Shown here: positions 6,973 through 14,636 of the stretch, one piece after another
How positions within the stretch are numbered: the stretch's first letter is position 1
How the letters are laid out: each line of letters opens with the position of its first letter
From: an uncultured Candidatus Saccharimonas sp.
GTDB lineage: Bacteria > Patescibacteriota > Saccharimonadia > Saccharimonadales > OMJO01
DNA length: 64,000 nt
Assembly (NCBI GenBank): GCA_943353165.1
Contig: CALRAM010000001.1
Span: 109,803 to 173,802 of the forward strand
Direction of reading: 5' to 3'
Translations under genes and position numbers: made by a program
Notes under the pieces: generated by a model
Database searches by the model: none
Told to the model about the DNA's origin: nothing
What the model saw: the letters and a program-made list of their open reading frames with translations, nothing else

Positions 6973-7854
6973 ATGCCTAGATACAACATGAATGATCAAG
7001 AATATGCCGAGTATACAAAATTGTCTAAAGAGCATCAGCAAAAGTTTTGGAAAATATTGAGCTCTCGGCGGAACGTTTTAACGTGGACGGCATACTATAC
7101 GTCGTTAATTTTAGTACTTGTAGGAATAGGGTTCTTGCCTCCAAAACTGAGAGATAGCAATTGGACAGGATTAATATTTACGGTAGCAATGGTAACACCA
7201 GCCTTGTATTTTTGTTACTTTTTGATTTTCTTTGTTAAAACAAGCAACAAACCACTTCAAAAAATATTGACTGCAAAGAATGAGCGCATTGCTGCAGCGA
7301 AAATTGCAAGTACAACGCGTATTGCTACAGCGAAAATTGCAAAAACAGAACAGACTGCTGCGATTCATAAGTCATATAACCAAGATGAAGAAAACGTAAC
7401 GAGGGGATTACTGTTTGCAGCGTGCGCAATCCCGATAGCTATGATTGTATATTTATTTCTTTATTATTTTGGATTCTTTGCATCTCTTTCCTCATGGCTA
7501 TTTGGGTACCTAGTCGTACAATTTTATACTGCTGGTGCTAGAGCAGAGGCAGTCAAAGGATTTCGTAGATTGATAGTGTTGGTCGTTGTGGGTGTGGTAC
7601 TTTTCATCCAGGCTGGAATTGCCATGGATGTATTAAGATATTATGCTGCAAACCAGGAATTAATGATAAGCCAAGGGTATGATAGATTTTGGACTGTGAT
7701 TAGTGTCCTAACGAATCCAAAAGTGTATTACATAGACAATCTGCAGAACATATTGATAACAATAGGTTTTGCAACACTTGGGCTGTACTCTCAAATCAAG
7801 AGCCTACACAAAAACCGAAAAAGCATACTAGCTACCACCAAGAAAAAAGCATAA
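6973..7854 (+). CDS. polytopic membrane protein, unknown function
   Basis: 293 aa with several hydrophobic spans. It has an in-frame 33-nt tandem duplication (7288-7309 / 7321-7342; IAAAKIASTTR / IATAKIAKTEQ). Confidence 0.55.
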   Translation: MPRYNMNDQEYAEYTKLSKEHQQKFWKILSSRRNVLTWTAYYTSLILVLVGIGFLPPKLRDSNWTGLIFTVAMVTPALYFCYFLIFFVKTSNKPLQKILTAKNERIAAAKIASTTRIATAKIAKTEQTAAIHKSYNQDEENVTRGLLFAACAIPIAMIVYLFLYYFGFFASLSSWLFGYLVVQFYTAGARAEAVKGFRRLIVLVVVGVVLFIQAGIAMDVLRYYAANQELMISQGYDRFWTVISVLTNPKVYYIDNLQNILITIGFATLGLYSQIKSLHKNRKSILATTKKKA

Positions 7855-7912
7855 TAACCGGCGTGAGTCGTTAATAGGAATTGACTATTAACTCCCTAAA
7901 AATCTAAACAAG

Positions 7913-7948
7913 CCCTACTATAACTGCCGCCCGCCGCATGGTATGATT
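7913..7948 (+). promoter_or_regulatory. copy 4 of the repeated motif, with extended -10 TGgTATGAT; an AGGAG RBS precedes the ATG at 7978
   Basis: CCCTACTATAACTGCCGCCCGCCGCATGGTATGATT. Confidence 0.55.
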
Positions 7949-7977
7949 AAGCATAATAATAAAGGAGAAATTGTACG

Positions 7978-9144
7978 ATGGATCATCAAGATCAAAATTC
8001 AGATTCTACACCTGTACCTGCTGTTCCTTCTACTCCATTACCATCAAATCCTCCTGTTGCAACTGCAATTACATCACAAGTTTTAGCAGCACAGCCTGAC
8101 CAACCCCAGAAGCACATAATGCAGAGATACAATAGACTTGGCCTAGGTATATACTTGGCCTTTGTCATACTAATATTACTAAATTTATTCTTTTTTGGCG
8201 GCAACATAGTAGGAGTACTTATTGTTAGTAACATATTTTTCTTCGCAGTACCTGTATTGTTTTTTATAAATATATTTATTATAGGTTACTTGAATGCATT
8301 TTCAACGAAAACAATCGTAACTCGCGTTAAAGATGGCTTACCAGGCAGCACTGCAGCGCCAAGTAATGTTGCTAGCCCCAGCATTGTTAGCCGTATTACT
8401 AAGATCGAAATAGTGCTGGCTTATGTTGTATTAATTTTCGCATCACTTTCGATACTAACTCTGATACAACGACTTTTTTATAGGGTAACCTTTGCATTTG
8501 AGCCACTTTTTGGTGTCAGCCCAGTGCTCACGCGACAAGTAAGGTCAGTTGCTGAATTAATTCTAGGGGTGGTAGCTATATCGGCATTGACGTTATTATT
8601 TGCACGGTTAGGTCGAAGGTATGCCCTAAAAAGCTCAAATCAAACTACTAAACGCAAAAGCATTGGAATTAAAGCCATCATAGGCATACTAATAATCTAC
8701 ATTGTTTTACTTGCTGTATCACTAATTATTAATTTTGCTGAATCGAACAAGGAAGGGCAGTCATCAGACGCTTCATTAACTTTTTGTGAACGTTTTTTTG
8801 GGATTAATATTGCAACTGCCGAAAGTCAGATTGGTGAATTGTCAGCTAATTGGGTGATTGGTGAGACTAATACAAAAAAAGTCTGGAATACGCACGTAAA
8901 AGAGGTCCAAGCACTAATAGATGCAGCTCCTGCGGAACTTCGTGATAATTCTGCTGCATATCTTAGAATGGTCAAGGCACAAGCCGAGTTAAGAACTAAA
9001 TACGGCTATATTGACACTAGTGAGTACCCAGCTGGAGTATACGATAAGTTCGAAATTGACCACGATCAAGATTCTCAACAATCTGGAAAATTCTATGACG
9101 GTGTCGTAAAATACTGTGATAAAGACCCATCGTCAGATTATTGA
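7978..9144 (+). CDS. polytopic membrane protein with a Pro-rich N-terminus and a soluble C-terminal domain
   Basis: 388 aa with multiple TM spans. No recognisable catalytic motif. Confidence 0.55.
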   Translation: MDHQDQNSDSTPVPAVPSTPLPSNPPVATAITSQVLAAQPDQPQKHIMQRYNRLGLGIYLAFVILILLNLFFFGGNIVGVLIVSNIFFFAVPVLFFINIFIIGYLNAFSTKTIVTRVKDGLPGSTAAPSNVASPSIVSRITKIEIVLAYVVLIFASLSILTLIQRLFYRVTFAFEPLFGVSPVLTRQVRSVAELILGVVAISALTLLFARLGRRYALKSSNQTTKRKSIGIKAIIGILIIYIVLLAVSLIINFAESNKEGQSSDASLTFCERFFGINIATAESQIGELSANWVIGETNTKKVWNTHVKEVQALIDAAPAELRDNSAAYLRMVKAQAELRTKYGYIDTSEYPAGVYDKFEIDHDQDSQQSGKFYDGVVKYCDKDPSSDY

Positions 9145-9178
9145 ACAGAGTACTAACCAAAAACACAACACACACCCT

Positions 9179-9225
9179 AACTGGTCAGATTTGATGATCC
9201 GCTACCCGAATTGCTTATTAAAAAA
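9179..9225 (+). repeat. 47-nt intergenic repeat, copy A (partner at 19927-19973)
   Basis: 42 of 47 nt identical to the partner by hand alignment. It contains a relic mini-ORF, MIRYPNCLLKK... Confidence 0.6.
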
Positions 9226-9315
9226 AAGCAAACTGTTGCCAGCCGCCAAAACTAGTGGCGACCTAATAAGTACTGGTGTATAGTAATAAATATAATTAAT
9301 AAAGGAGTAGATTGA

Positions 9316-9537
9316 ATGATTTTGAATATATTGGGTTATAGCTTATCAATAGTTTGGCTAATGTTCTGGATATTTTTGTGTATTTTAGTAGCATTCTGGC
9401 CAGCATCAGTTGCCAAACAAAAGGGACACAACTTTTTGGGCTGGTTCATATTAAGCATATTCTTTTGGTGGATAACGCTCTTCGTAGCAATATTCTTACT
9501 AAAAGACAAAAACAAAACAACTGATCACGAAAGCTAG
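9316..9537 (+). CDS. small two-TM membrane protein
   Basis: 73 aa with two hydrophobic helices. An AGGAG RBS lies upstream. Confidence 0.5.
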   Translation: MILNILGYSLSIVWLMFWIFLCILVAFWPASVAKQKGHNFLGWFILSIFFWWITLFVAIFLLKDKNKTTDHES

Positions 9538-9642
9538 GCTAACTACCTAAAAAAACATGGTCGCGTGGTAAGATAATAAGCGTAAGTAGCAACAGCGTTC
9601 AGCTAATATGTTGAACGCCCAATTAAAAAACTACAATATATT

Positions 9643-10509
9643 ATGAGCATAAAAACACGCAAAATTTTACCCGTCATTGGCCTCGCACTTTTTGCATTGG
9701 TATTTTTGCTACGCCCGGGCATTGCATCGGCTCACCAACCTCGCATCGTGGAAGATCGCCTAACGGTAGTAACGGAGCCGGAGATCTCGAAAGCCTACTA
9801 CGCCAAGCTCGAAGGGGTGCCAGATATTTATACTATTAGCTCTAGCCAAGACTTTGACCTTTATGTTGGTATTTTGGTTCCGGATATTGCAGGCCAAAAG
9901 AAAGATATAACTGTAATAGTATTAAAAGACGGCAACCAAATCGCCGTTCTAGATGGCATTTCGTTTGCATGGACACAGTTCTATGAGCCATTTGGTGCCG
10001 ACAAGTACTGGAAGGGAGGCGAGTACAGTGCAGCTGCCGGGCCAGGCAAATATGAGGTCCGCGTATCCAGCACCAATAACGACAGTAAATACGCACTTGC
10101 TATAGGAGAGACAGAAAAGTTTGGCCTAAGCGATAGTCTGAGTACGACCACATTAATACCGCAGATCAAAAAAGATTTCTTTAACAAGTCTCCAGCTGGA
10201 TTCGTATTTTCGTCATTGGGGCTAGGGCTAATCGCAGTTATGTACATACTTGCGTTTATTTTTGGATTTGCCTACCATGCATTACTAAAAAAGTTTGCCA
10301 AGGGCACTACTCGTGGAGCCGTCAGAAATATCGGCACCCCCGACCGCTTGCTGCGTGTAGCTATCGGCGTGGGGCTGCTACTTTGGGCAATTACAACCTC
10401 CTGGAGCCCATTTCTACTCTTCTTCTCTGGCTTTGCATTTTTTGAAGCCATATTTAGCTGGTGTGGATTTTATGCCGCTCTAGGCAAAAAAACCTGCCCT
10501 ACACAGTAG
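9643..10509 (+). CDS. secreted/membrane protein with a C-terminal DUF2892 (YgaP-like) two-TM module
   Basis: 288 aa. Signal peptide ending ASAHQ; C-terminus RLLRVAIGVGLLLWAI...FEAIFSWCGFYAALGKKTCP is typical of DUF2892. Confidence 0.5.
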   Translation: MSIKTRKILPVIGLALFALVFLLRPGIASAHQPRIVEDRLTVVTEPEISKAYYAKLEGVPDIYTISSSQDFDLYVGILVPDIAGQKKDITVIVLKDGNQIAVLDGISFAWTQFYEPFGADKYWKGGEYSAAAGPGKYEVRVSSTNNDSKYALAIGETEKFGLSDSLSTTTLIPQIKKDFFNKSPAGFVFSSLGLGLIAVMYILAFIFGFAYHALLKKFAKGTTRGAVRNIGTPDRLLRVAIGVGLLLWAITTSWSPFLLFFSGFAFFEAIFSWCGFYAALGKKTCPTQ

Positions 10510-10788
10510 TTGAGCGTATATGTAACCGCAACAATGCGGCGATAGCTGTTAAGATATAAAACAATCGTAAGTATCGGAAATTAACAAGGACTGTCCACAC
10601 AAAGCAAGAAAAATGTTACTAAAGCCTAGGCACCTCAGCTCAGATTATTAACTCTGGTTTTTTGAAAGCTCAGTTATTCGTAGGGGTAAATAGTAGGGTC
10701 TATCTTGCGTATGCGATTTTAGATAGCTATTTTAGAGATGTCTTCCTAATACTAACGCTAATTATATTAGATAGTTCAAGTTGTCCTT

Positions 10789-11616
10789 TTAATTTGTAGC
10801 CTGACTTACTTTATTCATAACTGCCTTTTTATCAAATATGTCAATATCTAAGCCTATTTCACGGCAAATCTTACGTGCATTGTCTTCGCCACCTACATAA
10901 TCAAACACTTTTTGTACATTTTTTAAGTAGCGGTCATCTTCAACACGGGGCAGTTCTCGCATAAGCAAGGTAAGTTCTTCTTTAGAAGGTGGAGCATAAC
11001 CATTATGTACAAACCTTATTACTGAAAATAGATTTGCCGCTTGGTATTTATATCCTTCATTATTTAGTTTCAGCTGTTTGTTTTCTATTGAACTCAAAGC
11101 GCCTGGTAATGAAACGAGTTTATCCTGCCAGTCACTAGAGAAAATGTCTCTTATGGAAATTGCATTGCCGTTTAACTTTAGTCCAACATGCTTTTTAAGA
11201 TTATCGATGGCTTCAGTACCGTCCATAATATTTATGTCAAAAACAAGATTATTAGCAAAATCCCTTATGTCTTTGTTGCCAACAAAAGACTTAATTAGAA
11301 CTTTTTGTGTAGGTCGCTGAATACGCCCTTCATAAAAACCTAGATCTATTAAATATGAAAGGTACTTGTCGCTCCCCTTTGTAACAATTTGGTCATAATC
11401 ACGTTGAAATAGTTTCCTGTTACTATGGTAATATTTATCGATTGCGTTACGAACACTGCCCGCAATTAAGTAAACCTCAACACCTACGGGAAGATTTTTT
11501 ATTACAGCTTTAAAAACTTTTCGCCCTCGCTCGTCTTTAAAATCGATAGGAAGAGTATTATTCATATTCCAAGCATAACGATAAGAGTAGGTATTGGTCA
11601 AACTAAATTTTATCAA
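10789..11616 (-). CDS. putative nucleotidyltransferase (Pol-beta superfamily, CCA/poly(A) polymerase head-like)
   Basis: 275 aa. VYLIAGSVRNAI...QRDYDQIV resembles the GG-VRD...D-D head motif with longer spacing. The likely start is the internal Met (MNNTLPIDF). Confidence 0.35.
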   Translation of the reverse strand: MIKFSLTNTYSYRYAWNMNNTLPIDFKDERGRKVFKAVIKNLPVGVEVYLIAGSVRNAIDKYYHSNRKLFQRDYDQIVTKGSDKYLSYLIDLGFYEGRIQRPTQKVLIKSFVGNKDIRDFANNLVFDINIMDGTEAIDNLKKHVGLKLNGNAISIRDIFSSDWQDKLVSLPGALSSIENKQLKLNNEGYKYQAANLFSVIRFVHNGYAPPSKEELTLLMRELPRVEDDRYLKNVQKVFDYVGGEDNARKICREIGLDIDIFDKKAVMNKVSQATN

Positions 11617-11639
11617 AGTGGTTGAGGTATAATAATTAC

Positions 11640-11831
11640 ATGCAGCTGATAAAAAAAATTTCAGCAGATGAGATGGTTGGAGAGTTTCTCAAAGCCGAGT
11701 TACACTCTTCGCGCTTTCGAGCGGGCAGTCTGAGAGCGCTTACGATGTTAGGCTACAATGAGGACGTTATAGAAAATCCTCATTACGATGACGCTAACCA
11801 GAACAAAAAAATAGCCGGCAAGATAAATTAA
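11640..11831 (+). CDS. hypothetical small protein, probably leaderless
   Basis: A TATAAT box at 11628-11633 lies 6 nt before the ATG at 11640. The ORF track starts at a TTG at 11622. Confidence 0.35.
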   Translation: MQLIKKISADEMVGEFLKAELHSSRFRAGSLRALTMLGYNEDVIENPHYDDANQNKKIAGKIN

Positions 11832-11890
11832 ATGGTATATTATTCTTATGTCTAAACCGAATAATTAATATATATAAAAAGGACAAAACA

Positions 11891-12244
11891 ATGAAGCCAA
11901 ATGATAATGACAACCACGATAACAGCCACCCAGCCAGTACAGACCCAACTATCTGCGACCCTGATAAATACAAAATGATTTTTGAAAACGATAGAGTTAG
12001 GGTGCTGGAATACAAAGACAAGCCCGGCGAAAAAACAACCCGCCACCACCACCCAGACACCGTGACCTTTACGCTGTCGGCTTTTGACAGAAAGCTGTAT
12101 GTAAATGGCGAAGAGAAGGTGGTAAACAAAAAAGCCCACGAGGCCGGCTGGCAAGACGAGCAGTTTCATATTGGAGAGAACATCGGCACAACAGACACGC
12201 ACACGATACTAGTGGAGCTCAAAGAACCGCGACCTTCGATATAA
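11891..12244 (+). CDS. cupin-fold small protein
   Basis: 117 aa. VRVLEYKDKPGEKTTRHHHPDTVTF...GENIGTTDTHTILVELK is a typical single-barrel cupin pattern. Confidence 0.55.
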   Translation: MKPNDNDNHDNSHPASTDPTICDPDKYKMIFENDRVRVLEYKDKPGEKTTRHHHPDTVTFTLSAFDRKLYVNGEEKVVNKKAHEAGWQDEQFHIGENIGTTDTHTILVELKEPRPSI

Positions 12245-12312
12245 CAGAGTATAGTATTCCGAAAACAATTGATGACTTTGGGCTAAAATGGTACAATCAC
12301 ATCTGTTATTTT

Positions 12313-12387
<75 letters not shown>

Positions 12388-12458
12388 ACAATTATAGTTG
12401 AAAAAGCTAACTTTATCTGTTAATATATTTAAAGAATATTTGAAAAGTAAAGGTATCT

Positions 12459-12662
12459 ATGGCAAAGAAACAAGGAAAACGAAAACTGGTAGGTATGGTG
12501 TCCGAAGAAAGTGGCCACCGGCACTATTACACGCCCAAAAATACTATAAATACGCCTGACAAGCTCCAACTGCGAAAATATGACCCCGTACTGCGTAAAC
12601 ATGTACTCTACGTAGAAACAAAGAAATCTCTGGGTCGCAACGAAGTCAAAAAGAAAAAATAA
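12459..12662 (+). CDS. rpmG: 50S ribosomal protein L33
   Basis: [38 protein letters not shown] matches the L33 core, with a Lys-rich C-terminal tail. Confidence 0.85.
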   Translation: MAKKQGKRKLVGMVSEESGHRHYYTPKNTINTPDKLQLRKYDPVLRKHVLYVETKKSLGRNEVKKKK

Positions 12663-12740
12663 TTCTATAATTTTTTTTAGTTACAGTAAATCATGGCTAA
12701 AATAAATAGAATCTACCTAATGTAGATTCTTTATTTTGGC

Positions 12741-12810
12741 AGGGGCGCGTGGAATCGAACCACGATCTAAGGTTTTGGAGACCTTTATACTAACCGTTGT
12801 ACTACGCCCC
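12741..12810 (-). tRNA. tRNA-Trp (anticodon CCA)
   Basis: The minus strand reads GGGGCGT-AG-TACAACGGTTAGTA-T-AAGGT-CTCCAAA-ACCTT-AGATC-GTGG-TTCGATT-CCAC-GCGCCCC-T. No CCA is encoded. Confidence 0.9.
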
Positions 12811-13055
12811 TAAACACCTAATCTATTGTACAGGTTTTTTCTAGCAGACGAACTATTCTTGAACATGGCTTCTCTTGCTCTGGCTTGTTTTTCATCTGTA
12901 TACGCTTCGTAGTATACAAGCTGAAGAGGCCTCCTGTGTTTGGTTGATTTAACTAGTCCATCATTGTGCTGATTGAATCTTTTAGTCAAATCAGATGTAT
13001 ATCCATAGTATAAGTTACTATCTTTTAATGATCGTAAGGTATAAAAGTAAAACAT
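12810..13055 (-). CDS. small stand-alone GIY-YIG nuclease (UPF0213/YhbQ-like)
   Basis: 81 aa. YFYTLRSLKDSNLYYGYTSDLTKRFNQHN (GIY...YIG...R..QH) and a later conserved E (YYEAYTDEKQARAREA). Its TAG stop overlaps nt 1 of tRNA-Trp. Confidence 0.8.
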   Translation of the reverse strand: MFYFYTLRSLKDSNLYYGYTSDLTKRFNQHNDGLVKSTKHRRPLQLVYYEAYTDEKQARAREAMFKNSSSARKNLYNRLGV

Positions 13056-13066
13056 AGATTAAATCA

Positions 13067-13138
13067 TCGTGGAATCGTCCGAGCCCCGCGGGGCTCAGGA
13101 TTGGAGACCTTTATACTAACCGTTGTACTACGCCCCTA
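13067..13138 (-). pseudogene. partial/rearranged second copy of tRNA-Trp (5' half intact through position 37, T-loop remnant, no 3' acceptor strand)
   Basis: 13101-13138 is a perfect 38-nt direct repeat of 12775-12812. It is followed on the minus strand by TCCT-GAGCCCCGCGGGGCTC-GGACGATTCCACGA (compare GGTTCGATTCCACGC in the intact gene). Confidence 0.7.
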
Positions 13139-13246
13139 TGTTTTTAATTAACAGGTACATACTACTCTTAAATTGCTAAATTGTCATCAATAATGTAATC
13201 ATTTGGATTTTTTAATTTAACGATAAAGTGTTATACAATATACTTT

Positions 13247-13912
13247 ATGAATAAAACTGTTTTGACTAAACCAACTTTAATAATTCTGTACGGCTTTCCT
13301 GGGGCTGGTAAAACATTTTTTGGTCGTCAGCTGGCTATTGACATTCATGCTGCTCATTTGCAAACAGATAAAGTTAGATATGAAGTGTTCGAAAAACCCA
13401 CGTACTCCAAAGATGAAAATTCTACAGTCAGTAATCTTACAAACTATATGGTAGAAGAATTTTTAAACGCTGGAAACAGCGTAATATTTGATTCTACGGC
13501 CCAAAGTATTTCACAACGCAAAAATTTAAAGCAAAAAATTATAAAGACCAAAGCCCAAACATTATTGGTGTGGATACAGATAGACGTAGAAAGCGCTTTT
13601 ACTAGAGTGGCATCGCGTGATAGGCGTAAAATAGACGATAAATTTAATACTGATATGGACCGGACATCCTTTGACGATCAATTATCTAAAATGCAAAATC
13701 CACAACAAAACGAAAACTACGTCGTAATAAGTGGTAAACACAATTATCAAATGCAACGTGCTGCTGTTATGAAAAAATTCTTTGATTTAGGTCTGATAAA
13801 TGCGACTACCGCAACAGATAACATGGTAAAACCAGGCATGGTAAACCTGGTTCCTATGCAAAGTGGTGGTAGATATGACGATACCAGAAGAAATATAGCT
13901 ATCAGAGGATGA
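13247..13912 (+). CDS. P-loop kinase-like ATPase (AAA_33/zeta-toxin-like fold)
   Basis: Walker A LYGFPGAGKTFFG. 221 aa. Confidence 0.6.
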   Translation: MNKTVLTKPTLIILYGFPGAGKTFFGRQLAIDIHAAHLQTDKVRYEVFEKPTYSKDENSTVSNLTNYMVEEFLNAGNSVIFDSTAQSISQRKNLKQKIIKTKAQTLLVWIQIDVESAFTRVASRDRRKIDDKFNTDMDRTSFDDQLSKMQNPQQNENYVVISGKHNYQMQRAAVMKKFFDLGLINATTATDNMVKPGMVNLVPMQSGGRYDDTRRNIAIRG

Positions 13913-14601
13913 GTCAAAAAAAAGTTAGTGTTGAGGGCATTGGGCCGTTGATACTGATGCGAAGAAAAAACAACAAAAACATTCGGATTAGTATCTCGCC
14001 TAGTGGGGTTGTAAAAATTGGGATGCCGCCTCTGATGCCATACGCTATAGCTATTGGCTATGCCAAGCATAAAGCCGAATGGATAAACAAACACCGTCCT
14101 GCGATACCGATGATTAGAAATAATACAAATGTGGGCAAGGCACATCATATAATTTTTAGGGAAGGCAAGAGTCTGCGAAGTAGTAGTGTATCTAATAATA
14201 TAATTATCTGGATGCCGGCCGGTAGTCTTTATACCGATGATAAAGTTCAAAAACTAGCAAATACGGCTATAGTCAGAATGCTAAAAAAAGAATCTGTCCA
14301 ACTATTACCCCCAAAACTAAAGTATCTGGCAGAAAAACATGGGTTTGAATACAAATCAGTTGTCATAAAAAAACTGAGCTCTAGATGGGGTAGCTGCGAT
14401 AGTAGCAAAAATATAACCCTGAATTGTTATCTCTTGGAGTTACCGTGGAATCTTATAGATTATGTTTTGCTACACGAGCTGGTACACACTAGAATCATGG
14501 CGCACGGAAAAAAATTTTGGTCAGAACTAGATAAATACGTAACCGACCTGCCCAACGCTCGAAAAAGTATAAAGCAATACAAACCAACTCTAGAAATGTA
14601 G
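13909..14601 (+). CDS. DUF45/YgjP-type (M48/WLM-like) zinc metallohydrolase
   Basis: C-terminal LLHELVHTRIMAHGKKFW (HExxH) is typical of the YgjP family. An ATGA overlap links it to the upstream gene. Confidence 0.7.
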   Translation: MSQKKVSVEGIGPLILMRRKNNKNIRISISPSGVVKIGMPPLMPYAIAIGYAKHKAEWINKHRPAIPMIRNNTNVGKAHHIIFREGKSLRSSSVSNNIIIWMPAGSLYTDDKVQKLANTAIVRMLKKESVQLLPPKLKYLAEKHGFEYKSVVIKKLSSRWGSCDSSKNITLNCYLLELPWNLIDYVLLHELVHTRIMAHGKKFWSELDKYVTDLPNARKSIKQYKPTLEM

Positions 14602-14636
14602 CAACCAAAACGCTTACGCTGTATGATAAAAGCATC

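Noticed and set aside
7288-7342. Two 22-nt near-identical segments 33 nt apart
   Set aside because: This is an in-frame internal duplication within the 6973-7854 membrane protein (IAAAKIASTTR/IATAKIAKTEQ), not a regulatory repeat.
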